From the NCBI GenBank assembly GCA_964016885.1, contig OZ024743.1, positions 224,564,001 to 224,628,000 of the forward strand: a DNA stretch of 64,000 nt, in the 5' to 3' direction. The DNA comes from Eledone cirrhosa (lineage: Eukaryota). Below the pieces are notes generated by a model. That model was not told the DNA's origin. It saw nothing but the letters and a program-made list of their open reading frames with translations, and searched no databases. Shown piece after piece: positions 49,250-63,961 of the stretch. The position numbers were made by a program, and so were the translations under genes. The number at the start of each line of letters is the position of its first letter. The first letter of the stretch is position 1.

Positions 49250-49942
49250 ACCATCATACTACTGCTACTACTACAACCACTACTACTACTACTACTACTA
49301 CTATAACCTCCATCACCAGAACCAACATCACTTCTGCTACTACTATCACCACCATCACTAATACTATTACTACTGCTACCACCACCACCACCACCACCAC
49401 CACTACTACTACTACTACAACCACCACTACCACTACTACAACTACTACCACTACCACCACTACTACTACAACTACTACCACCACCATCACTACTACAACA
49501 ACTGCTACTACTACTACTCCACCACCACCACTACTACTACTACCACCACTGCTACAACAACTACCACCACCACCACCACTACTACTACTACCACCACTGC
49601 TACAACAACTACCACCACCACCACAACCACCACTACCACTACTACTACTACTACAACCACCACTACCACTACTACAACTACTACCACTACCACCACTACT
49701 ACTACAACTACTACCACCACCATCACTACTACAACTGCTACTACTACTACTCCACCACCACCACTACTACTACTACCACCACTGCTACAACAACTACCAC
49801 CACCACCACCACTACTACTACTACCACCACTGCTACAACAACTACCACCACCACCACAACCACCACTACCACTACTACTTCCACCACCACTACTACAACT
49901 ACTACCACCACCATCACTACTACAACAACTGTTATTACTACT

Positions 49943-49989
<47 letters not shown>

Positions 49990-49990
49990 C
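49250..49990. repeat. (CTA/CCA/ACA)n trinucleotide array with block duplications
   Basis: Low-complexity tract; source of the poly-T/P/H/V ORFs. Confidence 0.9.
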
Positions 49991-50456
49991 TCTCCAACGT
50001 TTTCGTTTCCCCTCTCTTTTTATTTCTTTCCCATTCTTTCCACCTCTTAAATTTGCAGATTTCATTTCATATTTTCTATAAAGTTAATAAGCTCTCTTAC
50101 TCAACGGGATGTCAGTGTTTCTTTGTTATAATCAATATTACCGTGACCTCCCCTTCCGACCCAACAGTCGTACGTACCATTGGTTGCTAATAGTAACTAC
50201 TCAGTGAAGCCAAACACGTCATAGCCCAACTTTGTGATAGCAATAATTATTAGTCACCACAACAGACCCTTATAATGATAATAACGCCAGCTGTCTTTGA
50301 AGGCTGTTCATCACTAATGCCATCTTTTCTCTGCTAATTATATTCCCTATCATACATTGTTTCTCTTATTTAATAATCTGGTGAACAGTTTGAATTGTCG
50401 GTAGTTTCATGAGAGGAAACAATTTGGATATGAACGGATCAAAGTGAGATCTAAGC

Positions 50457-50631
50457 CAGCAGCCGCCAACAGGTGGTCCGCGGACCACTGGTGGTCCGAG
50501 GGAAAATTTTGGTGGGCCGCAGAAAAATTTTTTAATGTATTTATCTTTTTAAAAAAATTCATATTAATGGTGTACGGAATTTAAAATTATGAATTTAGTG
50601 GTCCGTGAGGTCCGAAAGATTCAAACCGCTG
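50457..50631. mobile_element. hAT MITE
   Basis: CAGC...GCTG termini, internal GTGGTCCG repeats, perfect 8-bp TSD ATCTAAGC (50449-50456 / 50632-50639). Confidence 0.8.
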
Positions 50632-51105
50632 ATCTAAGCGAAGCCCAGAGCTGGTGCCTGGACATTTAGCAAGAAAGTACTGAAGTTTCTACTTCGCCAA
50701 AGAAATATAGAATTTAATGCTACAAATGAAAAGGTAAAGTTTGAGCAGGGCCGGCGTCTGGCTATTTAGCACATCTTTGTCTCATTTATGTACCCCATTC
50801 TACCAAATGGAATAATTTCAACTTACATTTTGGCAAGACCCAATAATGGTTTCTTATATAGGCACAAGGCCAGCAATTTTGGGGGAGGAGAAAGTCGATT
50901 AAATCGACCCCAGTGTGTGACTGGTACTTTATTTCATCGACCCCATAAGGATGAAAGGCAAAGTTACCCTCGGCGGGATTTGAACTCAAATCATAAAGGG
51001 CCGTAACTCTATGCTGCAAAGCATGGCGTCCGACCCTCTACCGATACTGCCAATCCACCGCCCTGGCAAGACCCCAATAATAACTATACGTTTGTGTATA
51101 TACAT

Positions 51106-51172
<67 letters not shown>

Positions 51173-51283
51173 TGCCTTTTAATCTTATAGCCTGGTTTAA
51201 TTGTTTTTTTGTGTGGTTGATTATGCTGATTGGGAGAGGAGATGGTGTATATATCTTATCAAATGATTCTATGGACATACTTT

Positions 51284-51344
<61 letters not shown>

Positions 51345-52247
51345 TCTGTAGTTTAATACCATCTACTAATACATCTATCTTATCAAGTGTATGTGTACAT
51401 TGACATTCTCTCTGTTTCACTCACTACCTCCGTCTCTCACGCTCTCCCCATCTCTCACTAGATGACGAACCTAGATTTTGACACTTTTTGCTCTGACCAC
51501 ACTTAAGAAAATTACGTAGCCTGCATTTTCCACTACATAGTTTGCAGTCACCACGCCAAATCATGTGGTAGGTTATAACACTATACAACCCTGCCCACCG
51601 CTTTGGATATTTACACAACGCTGCTATGCGGTAAAAATGTTTAGCGATTTATTAATTGATGGCAGAAGATTATAATATATATAATTTAATTATACAAATT
51701 TGTATAAGACTATGATCCTTTAAAATCAGTAATGTGCTTCTCTGAGGTCTGCACCATAGATAACTGCCTAGTTGTCTTACATGATAGCGCCGGTCTTGGA
51801 TTAGCCCTTTATATGAAATGATTTAGCAGAAAGACGGAGAAAACATAATCTGGTGAAGTTTTATTGAATATGTCGAACAAGATCCGAAAGATAAGATGCG
51901 AAAATTATTAGGAAGGAAAAAAACTGTTGTTGTTGTTGGTGGTGGTGGTGGTGGTGGTGGTGCTGCTGCTGCTGTTGTTGTTGGTGGGGTTGTTTTTTTA
52001 AACTAACTACTGGCCCAGCTTCATTGAACAGACTTACAATCATTCCAGCTTTGATAACTACGTCTCATTAGGAATATTTTCTAATGTGCATCTTTCAGTT
52101 AGATGAAAGTTAGTGAGTTATTTGTAGAAATTTGTCATGTATTTCTGCCAGGTCATACGGTTAAGTAGAGGTTCCCTAATAAAACTTTATATCAGGGGTG
52201 AGGGTAACATTTTTAATACCAGGGGCTAATTACAAGTGCTTAAGTAC

Positions 52248-52300
<53 letters not shown>

Positions 52301-52461
52301 ATATTTGGGGAAGGTCATATTGTTATAGTATTGCCAGAAATAATAATAGAACACACTGTTTGGTTTGGATTGGTTTTCGCTTCTGTATTTTTTATAACTC
52401 CATAGTTAATTTTTCTGGCAATCAATGTTTCTCATTGATTGACCAACGGTTAAAAATACAG

Positions 52462-52512
<51 letters not shown>

Positions 52513-52513
52513 A

Positions 52514-52553
52514 TCAACGTTCTTTCGTCACACATCTGTGACATCATCAGTGG
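52514..52553 (-). ncRNA. Hammerhead core motif
   Basis: Minus strand: CTGATGA T GTCACA GATG TGTGAC GAAA; adjacent to (TA)n; stem III degenerate. Confidence 0.5.
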
Positions 52554-52614
52554 TGCTATTATGTATCCTCCCGTTGTATTGTAATGTCTACGCCATTTTT
52601 ATTTTAAAATAAAA

Positions 52615-52990
52615 TACCTCTCTCTATATCAATTAACACTAAACTCTCCCCCTTTCTACCAATCCCCCTCTCTATATCAATTAACACCAAACTCTCCCTC
52701 TCTATATATCTGTTACACTGAACTCTCTTCCAATACTCCTCTCTATATTAATAAACATCAAACTCTTCTCCTCTCTATATCTACTACAATCTCTATATCA
52801 ATTGCCACCAAACTATCCCCCTCTTTATATCTACCATACGAGCCTCTTTCTCATTCCTTCTCAGTCTGTCTATCTATCACTATCAAACTCTCCCCCTCTC
52901 TATATCTACTACACGGCCTATCTGTATCAATTTTCTCCCTCTATTCATTAGCACCAAATTCTCCTTCTCTCTACATCAACTACACAGCAT
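52615..52990. repeat. Degenerate ~35/70-bp CTCTCTATATC minisatellite (second array at 60205-60825)
   Basis: Recurring CCCCTCTCTATATCAATAAACACCAAACTCT and CTCTATATCTACTACACGG units at both loci. Confidence 0.75.
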
Positions 52991-53029
52991 GTGCATACCA
53001 AAGCAATTCCTCTATGCTGAGGTTACTTT

Positions 53030-53200
53030 AGGGAAGAGAAGAGTTGGTGGCCAGGAAAAACACTACAAGGATAACTTGGAATCCACGAGTATTGGCATAG
53101 AATCCTGGGAACAGCTTGCTTAGTCCTCTATGGTACACCCTCATTAGCAAAGACGTATATTCTCGCAAGAGATACACATAAAACTGGCCTATCTGTTCCG
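53030..53200 (+). pseudogene. RTE-like LINE C-terminal fragment
   Basis: Manual translation RRVGGQEKHYKDNL..ESWEQLA resembles the RTE GGQxKRYKD motif. Confidence 0.4.
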
Positions 53201-53544
53201 GAAGGCTAATGACCCGGGGATCTCTGTCAGGTGGTGCTATTAAGTTAGACAAGGCCTGGGCCAATACTGGCTGACACCTATCGAAGTTATCAAAATTACA
53301 TCCAGCTGATTATCTTTGATCCCCCTCTCCAAGTGGATGAGCTTATCCCAGAGTATGATTTCCGCATAATTCGGTCAGCCTTCCCACAACTGTCAATTTC
53401 TTACCAGATTCCGTCTCATCAGTCATCCACAGACACGTAAAATTCAACCAATCGCATAACCAAAGTAATGATTTTCATCGATCACCGTTGGTCGAACGCA
53501 GGCATGCATACATTACCCTTACCACTCTGACCACGCGATAAGTG

Positions 53545-53900
53545 CTGTCGTTATCGTCGTCGTCGTCATCACCATCACCATCACCATCACCATCACCACC
53601 ACCATCATCATTATCATCATCGTCGTCATCGTCATCGTCGTCGTCATTGTCATCGTCGTCGTCGTCGTCATTGTCGTCGTCGTCATCGCCGTCGTCATTG
53701 TCATCGCCGTCGTCATTGTCATCGTCGTCGTCGCCGTCATCGTCGTCGCCGTCGTCGTCGTCGTTGTCATCGTCATCGTCGTCGTCGTCGTCGTCGTCAT
53801 CGTCATCGTCATTGTCGTCGTCATCGTCGTCGTCGTCGTCATTGTCGTCGTCATCGTCATCGTCATCGTCATCGTCGTCGTCGTTACCATCATCATCGAT
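53545..53900. repeat. (TCG/TCA)n trinucleotide array
   Basis: Visible; gives the poly-D/S/T ORFs. Confidence 0.9.
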
Positions 53901-54474
53901 AGCAACAACAACATAATTATTAAACCCCACCACCAACTTCATCTATGTATCAATGTCTAATAGTGTGATTTAATTCCTTAAGTACTAACTAATCTTAATT
54001 CTTCAGATTTATCTTCCAGAAAATATTTTTCTGTGACATTTTCGATATCGTCTACTGCATGACGTCGGAGCTTATTTCTCACTTTTTCACAGTTTCCATG
54101 TAAAATACTCTCCTAGCATTTTAATTCTTTGCTGCCAAGCTGACAATATTTCATCCCTTAGCTCTTTAAATCTTTCTAATATAATCCATGAAAATGGTAC
54201 TTACATTAGTTTCTGTCCTACACAAGTTGTGTAGCTTTAAGTTGGATATGTTACTAATAGGTGTTTTATTTCAAATGTATTGACAGATATTACTGACTAC
54301 TATTTGAATAGAAAACTATAAATGTTCTTTATATGTTTGATAAAATACCTCAAATAATGCAATAGTGGTTGTGATGATGGGGGAGGGGCTTTGAAAGACG
54401 ACATTCTCAAGGAAACTCCAGGCGTTGACGAAAATCGACAAGCGTGTCTGTCCCAGGAAACGATTGATCAGGGG

Positions 54475-54655
54475 GATCGCTATATCTAGATGATTATCAT
54501 TGATCTCCTTGTCTATGAAGATAGACATATCCCAGAGTATGGTTGTTTTGTCATTATCTGAGACTTGGTCTGGTGTATGTTTATACTACATTTTTTCAAT
54601 TGGCATTTCATAATGCTGGTATAACTTCCAGTGTGTAGAAGCGCAAACTCTATTA
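54475..54655 (-). pseudogene. R4/Dong-type RLE fragment
   Basis: Minus-strand translation HWKLYQHY...YKHTPDQVSDNDKTTILWDMSIFIDKEINDNHLDI parallels the ILWD..NRPDI region of the 19980-21200 element. Confidence 0.55.
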
Positions 54656-56475
54656 TATACATTTCTTGGTCAAGGCTGTGCATACAGAAACAATGTGGCT
54701 AATTGTTTCTTCGCCGGCTGTGCATACAGAAACAATGTGGCTAATTGTTTCTTCGCCAATTCCTTATATATTTCAGTTACTTAGAATATATAGCTTTGGT
54801 TCTGTTCCGCAATCAATCATCAGAGTTTTCAGTCCTGCGCTTTTCAGCGATTGCTGCAATTTTTATAACCTTACAGTTAGAAGGATGTGCATATGAGGTT
54901 GATTTATGATCAGCCATGTGGATATTGTCTCCCAAGAAGCTGGGGTCACAGGTCAAGTGGAATGTACGTTTATCATCGCTGTCTTGACAGGACAATGGTG
55001 GGAACTTTCCAATAATGGTTAGTCACAGAGGCGAGAAACCGCGGATTCGGTTTCGAATATTCGCCGGTAAAACATAGGAGTTATTTCGTTATATACCTAA
55101 ATTAGAAATTAATATTAATAGCATTTAACTACCTACATTCTTCCTCTAACGAAAATATGACCTTGTATCAAAAGGCAAATCAATCATTATCGACATTATT
55201 CTTGAATGTCAGTAGATGGATGATTATCATAAAATATTGGTGACACATGTCCCATTGCTGCTGCTGCTTTGTTCTAATCAGAAAACAATAAACTTGTCCA
55301 AAATTTCATGCTAGATTCATTATTTTAAATTCCAGAAATGTACAGAAATGGTAAACCACTGAGCTATATGCCTTCCGATACTTAATTTCACCAGTCAACC
55401 TTTCGAATTTAAATCCAGGCGAAGTTTACTTTCTTTCGCTCTGATCAATCGACAAGATCCCAGACCTCATTCACTTTGTCGAGTGGGATGGACCTCTTCA
55501 AATCGGACCAAGGAAACAATGTTTCCATTGGTGTTTCCAATACCGGTCTCAACTCCTGACAGAAGGAACAACGTGAAATAAAGTGTCTTGCTTATGGACA
55601 CAACGTATCAGCCGGTCCGAGAATTGAACTCGCAACCTCACGATTGCGAATCTAACACTCTAACCACTCGGCCACGTGTCCTCTCTTTCTAGAGTCGAAG
55701 AAATAAATTCCTGCCATGTAATCGTTCCATACAACTGCCCTATAATCTGTCACTCTCTAACAATATAGGAAATAAGTATTTTTCAAGAATTAACTTTACT
55801 TACAGATGTGGAGATAATAAACATGTTCCTGTAAGATCTAGTGGCATTCGTGGTTCTAGAGTATGTTTAAAGTATATGTCATAGTATAGATGTATCATCT
55901 AGAGCAGTGATTCTCAAACGGTGGGGAGCTGAGGGCTTATGCACTTGGCTTCCAGGCAAAGGAAGAATTAGGGAGGAATCCGAACTGGAAAAAAAATAGT
56001 GTATATTGTCACGGTATGTTTATGTATAAAAAATAGTGTATATTGTAGTGTACGGTATGTTTATGTATAATAAACAGTTGTTTGGTATTCTCCCCACTAC
56101 TGAGATACTGTGACATGATCGCAGGTTTAAAAACTATCATAACAAGACTTTCGTATGATTATTATAAATAAACTTATCGAATTTCTTTTCATATATACAT
56201 CTATGACGAACCACGCTGTGTTAGTGATACTTTTAATAGTGTACATTTTGAACTTATGAAATGAAATACTAATATACACAACTATAAGGGTAATCATAAA
56301 TTTACTGTTCACTATAATCTGCTGTTTGGTGGGGACTATACAATTATTCAGGTTTGCTCATGTTACTATGGTACTCAGATGAAATATTACTAGATGACTA
56401 TTCAGAATAAAGAGACGTTAAGGAAACTTGGGATTGCAAGCAGATGAATATGATCTGGGGTTTCAGAACCACTGG

Positions 56476-56513
56476 TAGGGTTGGATTTAGACCTTGGGGA
56501 GGGGGGCGTGGTG

Positions 56514-56571
<58 letters not shown>

Positions 56572-56778
56572 TAGAATACACCCACCCACCCACCCCCGAT
56601 TTTACAATTAAAGTTAGCTTGGCGCAAGTAATTGGAAATGAAAAGGTATTAAATTCAAAAATTCTAATCAACCTAAAATAAAAAAAATACCAGCTGAGGG
56701 CACAAATAAATTGCTACGGCCGTCGCTGGTGGGACCCGGGGAAATTGCCCCCTTTGCCACCCATTAAATCCAGCCCTG
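56476..56778 (-). mobile_element. hAT-type MITE (family H1)
   Basis: TIRs TAGGGTTGGATTTA / TAAATCCAGCCCTG; perfect TSD ACCACTGG (56468-56475 / 56779-56786). Confidence 0.85.
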
Positions 56779-57196
56779 ACCACTGGCTTTGATACTAATG
56801 ATTTCCTGCACATCCCCAGTAGAATATTTGTCTACAGTTTACAGAAACGACGTTGACATAGACATAGTAATCATTTGTGATATATTTTCTGGAATCTACT
56901 GAATGTATTTATTTGTAAATTTCAATGAAACACTTTGACTGCTGCCTTCATCTAACAATTGTAAATATAGACACAACTATAAATAGCCATAATTATTTAA
57001 ATCAGCAGTGAGGCGTGATGTTAAATGAATGAGATAGAATATTCAAACATCGGCCGGAAGAAAGACACATTTAAACTTTACAATTAATTATAAACTGTTA
57101 CCCGGAAGATTTCCTACTGCAGAATAAGCGAACAAAATATTTCGTAAAGTAGGTACACATTCTTCTTCTTCTTCTTCTTCTTCTTCTTCTTCGCGC

Positions 57197-57245
<49 letters not shown>

Positions 57246-58092
57246 AAGCTCGAGCTTTCGAACTTACGAAGTGCTGAGAGGATAAAGTTTATAGAAGATG
57301 TAATATGCTCAGGCGCAGAAAATACTAGAAAATACACATGTACCTAATCATCTCTATTGTTTTTAAATGTTCTGATGAAGGACACATCTAGAACGTTGTA
57401 TTTAATGTTTTCTCACTTCTCAAGAACGTTAAACTAATATCTTCAACTTGTAACATATTTTCTATCATGTTTTTATTTTTCTCTTGTTTATTAACACACA
57501 CACACGCACAGAGATAGGGGGGGGGGGAGTTATTTATTTCATACAGAAATGACTTTTGTTTTATTCTTTAAAACCCATCATAGTTCAAGGTCTTGCTCAT
57601 TCTTGAAAAAGATATTTTTCACGAATCAATCAGTTCTAGTCGTGAGAGGTCGTTTCTATGTAAAATAAATATGTTTCATCTCTACTAATATATTGATTAC
57701 CTTTTTTAACTGTTTATTTAACCATCCTTAATGATATATATATATATATGTATATGTGTGTATGTGTATATATATATATATGTATGTATATGTATATGTG
57801 TATGAATTTTTTTCTCACGTCAGTTCTTTCGTTGATACGGACCCCGGCCAAATTACCGGTCACTGTCTTCATTTTGCAAAGCCCTTTAAACTGTATGTTA
57901 TTACTCTGAGGTCCTACATCTTGTCGAGTGCTAGGCTGCACTGCTGAAAGCCTTCGTCGGCTTAGCTGCGACTCTGACTTCCAATATGCTCTACTTACAT
58001 TTCTGTAGATATATAAGGAAAAGAAAAAATCATTTACAATATCTGTTCCTTATATTTTTACTCGTGTAGAACATAAAAAAAACTTACTTTCT

Positions 58093-58094
<2 letters not shown>

Positions 58095-58157
<63 letters not shown>

Positions 58158-58540
58158 TGACCCTGTGATAAACAGGTGGAAGACCAGAGTAACAAGACTC
58201 ACCTTTTTAGCCTTAATAAAATGAATATTAAAACTCTACTTCGGTATTTGGTATTCCTTTCACTCAGCCGTCAACCACAAACGGATATATATATATAAAT
58301 ATATATATATGTGTGTGTGTGTGTGTGCGTGTGTGTGTGTGTGTGTGTGATGACCCTGTGATAAACAGGTGGAAGACCAGAGTAACAAGACTCACCTTTT
58401 TAGCCTTAATAAAATGAATATTAAAACTCTACTTCGGTATTTGGTATTCCTTTCACTCAGCCGTCAACCACAAACGGATATATATATATAAATATATATG
58501 TATGTGTGTGTGTGTGCGTGTGCGTGTGCGTGTGTGTGTT
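58095..58540 (+). repeat. Tandem duplication (~193-bp unit) of a pLTR-tail-like sequence
   Basis: GATGACCCTGTGATAAACAGG...CAAACGGATAT occurs twice, bounded by (TG)n. Related to 23798-23912. Confidence 0.8.
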
Positions 58541-59482
58541 CAAACCAGTCAACCTCTAAAACCCCAAAGAGAGAGTACCATGAAAAAAGTGCCCAAAACG
58601 GGAAGAAATGAGGCAAAATGGGGAGATTTTACATAATGAAAGCTATACCCATTTTTCACAAGAGAAGACATCTCACACCTACCACAGAGTGGGTGGGAGA
58701 TCTCCCTGCCGGTCGGGGAGATTTGACAGGTCTGGTGTGTGTGTGTATGTGTGTGCGTGTGTGTGTGTGTGTCTCTGTGTGTGTGTGTGTGTCTCTGTGT
58801 GTGTGTGTGTGTGTGTGTGTCTGTCTGTCTGTGCCTGTATAAATGTATAAATGTGTACATATATGTATACATGTATGCATATATATATGTATATATACTT
58901 TAAAAAAAAAAATATATATATATATATGCGTGTGTGTGTGTGTATGTATGTGTGAGTGTGTATGTGTGTGTATGAGTGTGTGTATTAACTTTGCATAGTC
59001 CCTTAGTGGTAAATTACATATTTTACACGATATTACTACTAATTTGTTTTGTTTATATTAAGACGTAGTAAATATATTATTTAGTTAAAGAGAGACGATT
59101 GATTTAAAGCAGAGACTGATACCAAACAGGAAGTATGTAGCCTTACAATACTGTTATTGCCAATACGTTGTCTCATTTCATTGTATTCAATATAATTGTT
59201 TCTACTTTTGGCACAAGGCCAGCAATTACCCAGTGCATTACTGGTACTTTATTTTATCGACCCCGTAAGGATGAAAGGCAAAGTCAACCTCGGCGGGATT
59301 TGAACTCAGATCGTAAAGGGACGTAACTATGCTGGAAAGCATGGCGTCCGACCCTCTACCGATACTGCCAATCCACCAATGTGTCGAAGACTGTTGTTTA
59401 GCAGTGTAGAAGAAATAATGTATTTGACGTTTCTAGGTCAAATGACCATGATGTTAGTAATCTGTCATGATGTCTTGTTCCA

Positions 59483-59880
59483 TGTGTTGGATCTCCGTCA
59501 CTTCCAACGACGACTGTTCCAGTTGATTTTATCAAAGGAACATCCATGTGTTGGATCTCCGTCACTTCCAGCGACGAGTGTTCCAGTTGATTTTATCAAA
59601 GGAACATCCATGTGTTGGATCTCTCCGTCACTTCCAGCGACGAGTGTTCCAGTTGATTTTATCAAAGGAACATCCATGCGTTGGATCTCCGTCACTTCCA
59701 ACGACGAGTGTTCCAGTTGATTTTATCAAAGGAACATCTATGTGTTGGGTCTCCGTCACTTCCAACGACGACTGTTCCAGTTAATTTTATCAAAGGAACA
59801 TCTATTTGTTGGGTCTCCGTCACTTCCAACGACGACTGTTCCAGTTGATTTTATCAAAGGAACAGCCTGCTCATGAAATT
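59483..59880. repeat. 64-bp minisatellite (about 6 copies) derived from the SINE2 3' end
   Basis: Unit includes CTCCGTC..ACGACGAGTGTTCCAGTTGA..ATCAAAGGAACA; the last unit continues GCCTGCTCATGAAATT, as at 12712-12780. Confidence 0.85.
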
Positions 59881-60978
59881 AGTGACGTAGTTAGAGTGTG
59901 GTTATATAGTTATGGTTAAATAGCTTCTAATTGAATGGAAGGAAGCATGGGTGGTGTGTTGGTGTAATGGTAACACAATGAACCGGCAAACGAAAGATGT
60001 GGGTCCGTGTCCCATGTACGTCAATACTCATCCTTTTCCCATTCGGAGGGTTTTTTTTAAAACCCCAACTAACAGACTAATTCTATTTAGTCAAATACAG
60101 CATAAGCACATGTTACTACCTAATTTTCAAATTCGCAAGCCGTTTGTCAACAAAGCCTACTTTGTGTCTCCCTATTTATATACATATATATATACTCTTT
60201 TTAATCCCCCACTCTGTATCTACTAAAACCAAACTCTACCCCTCTCTATATCTACCACGGCACTGCCTCTCTATCTAAGATTAATACACTCTCTCACTCT
60301 CTATAAATATCTACACGTATCTCTCCCAATCCCCCTCTGTATATCAATCACACCTAAACTCTCACCCTCTCTATATTTACTACACGGCACTCTCCCATTA
60401 TCCCTCTCTGTATATCTACAATCACCAAATTCTCCTCCTCTCAATATCTTTTACATGGTACTCTCTTCCAATCCCCTCTTTATATCAAATAACACAAAAC
60501 TCGCCCCCTTTCTATATCTAATACAGGGAACTCTCATCCAATACCCCTCTCTATATCAATAAACATCAATCTCTCCACCTCTCTATATCTACTACACAGA
60601 ACACTCTCCCAACCCCCCCTCTATATATCAATAAACACCAAACTCTTTCCTTCTCTATATCTACTACACGGAACTCTCTTCCAATCCCCCTCTCTATATA
60701 TCAATAAACACCAAACTCTTTCCTTCTCTATATCTACTACACGGAACTCTCTTCCAATCCCCCTCTCTATATCAATTACCACCAAACTCTCCACCTCTCT
60801 ATAGTTACCATACAACACTCATTCCCTATATATATATACATACATACACACACACATACTCATATATTATGTTGTATTATATATATGTATTTATATTATA
60901 TGTATATTATATATATATATGTATATAATATATATATATGTATATTATATATATATATATAAAAAAATAATAATAGTG

Positions 60979-61039
<61 letters not shown>

Positions 61040-61265
61040 AAAGTTTTATTTAAGATTGTTGGGTTACAACGAGTAAATATTTTATAACTGATATAAAAGC
61101 ACTCAACAGTTTCTGGAGTAGGTTTACGATATTAAACAAATGGAAACTATATTTATATTTATAAAACCATATTTATTTCGTTATATATATTTCTGGGATA
61201 TCATATTAAAAATATGTTATGCCTTCCTCAGACAAAATACAATACATAAGCTGTTTTATAAATAA
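61040..61265 (-). mobile_element. 3' pseudo-LTR with hammerhead of the adjacent PLE (family B)
   Basis: Minus strand: TATTTTGT CTGAGGA..GAAA TATATAT A ACGAAATA...ACTCCAGAAACTGTTGAGTGCT; same orientation as ORF 62442-63644. Confidence 0.75.
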
Positions 61266-62441
61266 TTAGTGACATACCTTGTGATAATGCAACTTCCTTT
61301 TAAAAAGTTGATTTGGTAGTGAAACTGTTATGATAGTTATATAGAGAGAAAACGAAGATGAGAAGAAGAAGATGAAGAGATGTATGCAAATAAAAAAAGA
61401 AGAAGATGAAGAGATGTATGCAAAGAAAAATAACGGAGCGAGATAGAGAGACAAGGAGAGAGACACATATCCATAATGTGTGAAAAAAAACAAACATAGT
61501 AGGCTGCTTTTTGACAGATGATCATCGTATATGTGAGAGGTTAAGGGAAGGGATACAGTTAAATTAGTGTATAGGAGAAAAAGAAAGAGAGATGATATAT
61601 TTAAAATATATTAAAAATATATTATGTCTCATTCATTTGAATTATCAATTTTTATGAATTAGGTATTATAATGTAAATATCAGTATTCATGAATGAGACA
61701 CATATCCATAATGTGTGAAAAAATGACCACATGCTCAGTTAAAAATTCTTAGGTCTATAAGCAAAATCTGAGACAAAACTTCAAACATAAGTATATATGC
61801 ATTCTCGTGAAAAAAGAAAAGAGAAGGTTATCTCAAATTCAAGTTGATAAATATAGACGCACATGTGAACATACGTGATACGCTGCACTGATTCTTATAC
61901 TTCATGAAAAACTTCAATGCGTTAGAAAAAATTCCACCCTACATACATTTACATACATATATACATATATATAGACACAAAACATATAAGATATACATTA
62001 ACATCTAAAATAACATTCCAGCCTCATCGATCAAGCATAGAGTAGACAACAGATATCAATATTAAAATTAAAAACGCCAAGAATATCTTCATCACTCCAC
62101 AGAGTATCTAGGGACGCAAGAGAACATAGTATGCCACGCATATCGGTCATAGAATCAGAGTCAAAAGCAAACAAAACCAAAATTGTCCATCAAGCCTTAT
62201 TTAGCAGAAATCATTCAAAACTTATTCTACAAATGCTCTTATATTTATTATAGAAGTTTATCCAGCTTAAAAATTTATTCAAAAGATTGGGGACAACGCC
62301 AATTATAGGGTAGTTTATTTAATCTCATTAATTATATATTCATGCGGAAAGGTTTTTTAAAGAAAATTGAAGGAATCGAAAGATTTATCGCCAAGTATCA
62401 CAAATAGTCAAATACCTTAAGTAAATATACTACATTTTATA

Positions 62442-63644
62442 CTACATTTTAAATTTATATTTAAATGTTGAGTTCAATCTATGTCTGCAACAGCTGAATA
62501 AATTGGTTCGTAAATTAAGGGAATTTTTAGATTTTAATATAAAGAATATCTCCTCCGCGCAGAGGTCACAAGTCTCAGAAGAGGAATTAAAAGGAATCCC
62601 TTTTGAGACTATATTCCAAACCATCGAATATCCAACTTTATCATGCTTAAGTTGCCAGAGTAACCCTGACAGCGATGTTGATGATTTTTTATTTGGATCC
62701 GTGAAAGAATTTTTGTGATTATTATAGCGAAGTTTAAATTCTGTCGAGGTGGAACCAACATAATTAAAAGAATTTAAATCAGTTCTAACATTACAGTTGT
62801 ATATTATATTTTTAACTAAGCAATTGTTATTTAGCGGACATTTAGATCTATCTCTACAGTTACAGTTTTTTAGTTGAATATTGTTTAGGCTATTTTCGGT
62901 ATTTTGGCTAGGTTTTAGATTCCTATTATTTATTCTATTAATATTTTGTGCTAAATTTTTGGTGGACGAGTACGTTAATTTTATAGTATGTCTATTAAAA
63001 ATTGAGTGATACTTATGTGTTCTAGGGAAGCGTTTGTCAAGAGTATTAAAAAATAGTTTAGCGATGTGGGTTTTAATGTTTAGTGAGAAAGGGGGGGCAA
63101 ACCATATTATATTTCTAGTTCTATTTCTTTTCTGGTTTTTGAAATTATTGTAGTGCTTTCTATTATAGTTGTTAAAGTTGTTACTGTAATTAAAATTGTT
63201 GTTATTTTGGTTAGTTTGTCTATTATCGATGTACATAATTTTATCACTACATCCTGCTCTAGCTAAAGCTTCATTATAATACTGGGCTTTTTCGTCAAAA
63301 ATATTTTTATTGGAAGAGATTCTAGAGATACGTTTTTGAACAGAGTTCACTATAGTATTTTTGACAGATCTGGGGTGATTGGAGCTAAAATTGACATAAT
63401 TCAAGTTTTCATTTAACTTGTGAAATGGATAGTGAAGACATGTGTTGAGATTAAATGTTACGTCTAGGAAATTGACTATTCTATGGTTATTCTCAATTTC
63501 TATTTTTAGATTAAGGTAATTAAAAAATTGTATAATTTGTTTTCTTTTCTTATTTAGTTCAGAGTTATTATTTTCAATAAGTAAAAGCATGTCATCTCTA
63601 TATAAACCTCCGGTAACACCGGGTATTTTCCTATGCAGCGAATT
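62442..63644 (-). CDS. Penelope-like RT C-terminal half plus GIY-YIG endonuclease (5'-truncated, frame open)
   Basis: In-frame upstream GGLYRDD (63591-63611), [28 protein letters not shown] linker, [22 protein letters not shown]. Confidence 0.88.
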   Translation of the reverse strand, partial: NSLHRKIPGVTGGLYRDDMLLLIENNNSELNKKRKQIIQFFNYLNLKIEIENNHRIVNFLDVTFNLNTCLHYPFHKLNENLNYVNFSSNHPRSVKNTIVNSVQKRISRISSNKNIFDEKAQYYNEALARAGCSDKIMYIDNRQTNQNNNNFNYSNNFNNYNRKHYNNFKNQKRNRTRNIIWFAPPFSLNIKTHIAKLFFNTLDKRFPRTHKYHSIFNRHTIKLTYSSTKNLAQNINRINNRNLKPSQNTENSLNNIQLKNCNCRDRSKCPLNNNCLVKNIIYNCNVRTDLNSFNYVGSTSTEFKLRYNNHKNSFTDPNKKSSTSLSGLLWQLKHDKVGYSMVWNIVSKGIPFNSSSETCDLCAEEIFFILKSKNSLNLRTNLFSCCRHRLNSTFKYKFKM

Positions 63645-63683
63645 AATTATAAATATATATATATATATATATATATAAAAGAA

Positions 63684-63961
<278 letters not shown>

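Noticed and set aside
49186-50190. 334-aa Thr/Pro/His-rich mucin-like ORF
   Set aside because: Trinucleotide array open in several frames on both strands; no unique coding flanks.
53390-53430. Minus-strand CTGATGA...GAAA hammerhead, or exon donor
   Set aside because: No convincing stem II, III or I pairing, and no supporting ORF.
53475-53942. Poly-Asp acidic protein ORF
   Set aside because: (GAC/GAT)n array open in multiple frames; no splice or expression evidence visible.
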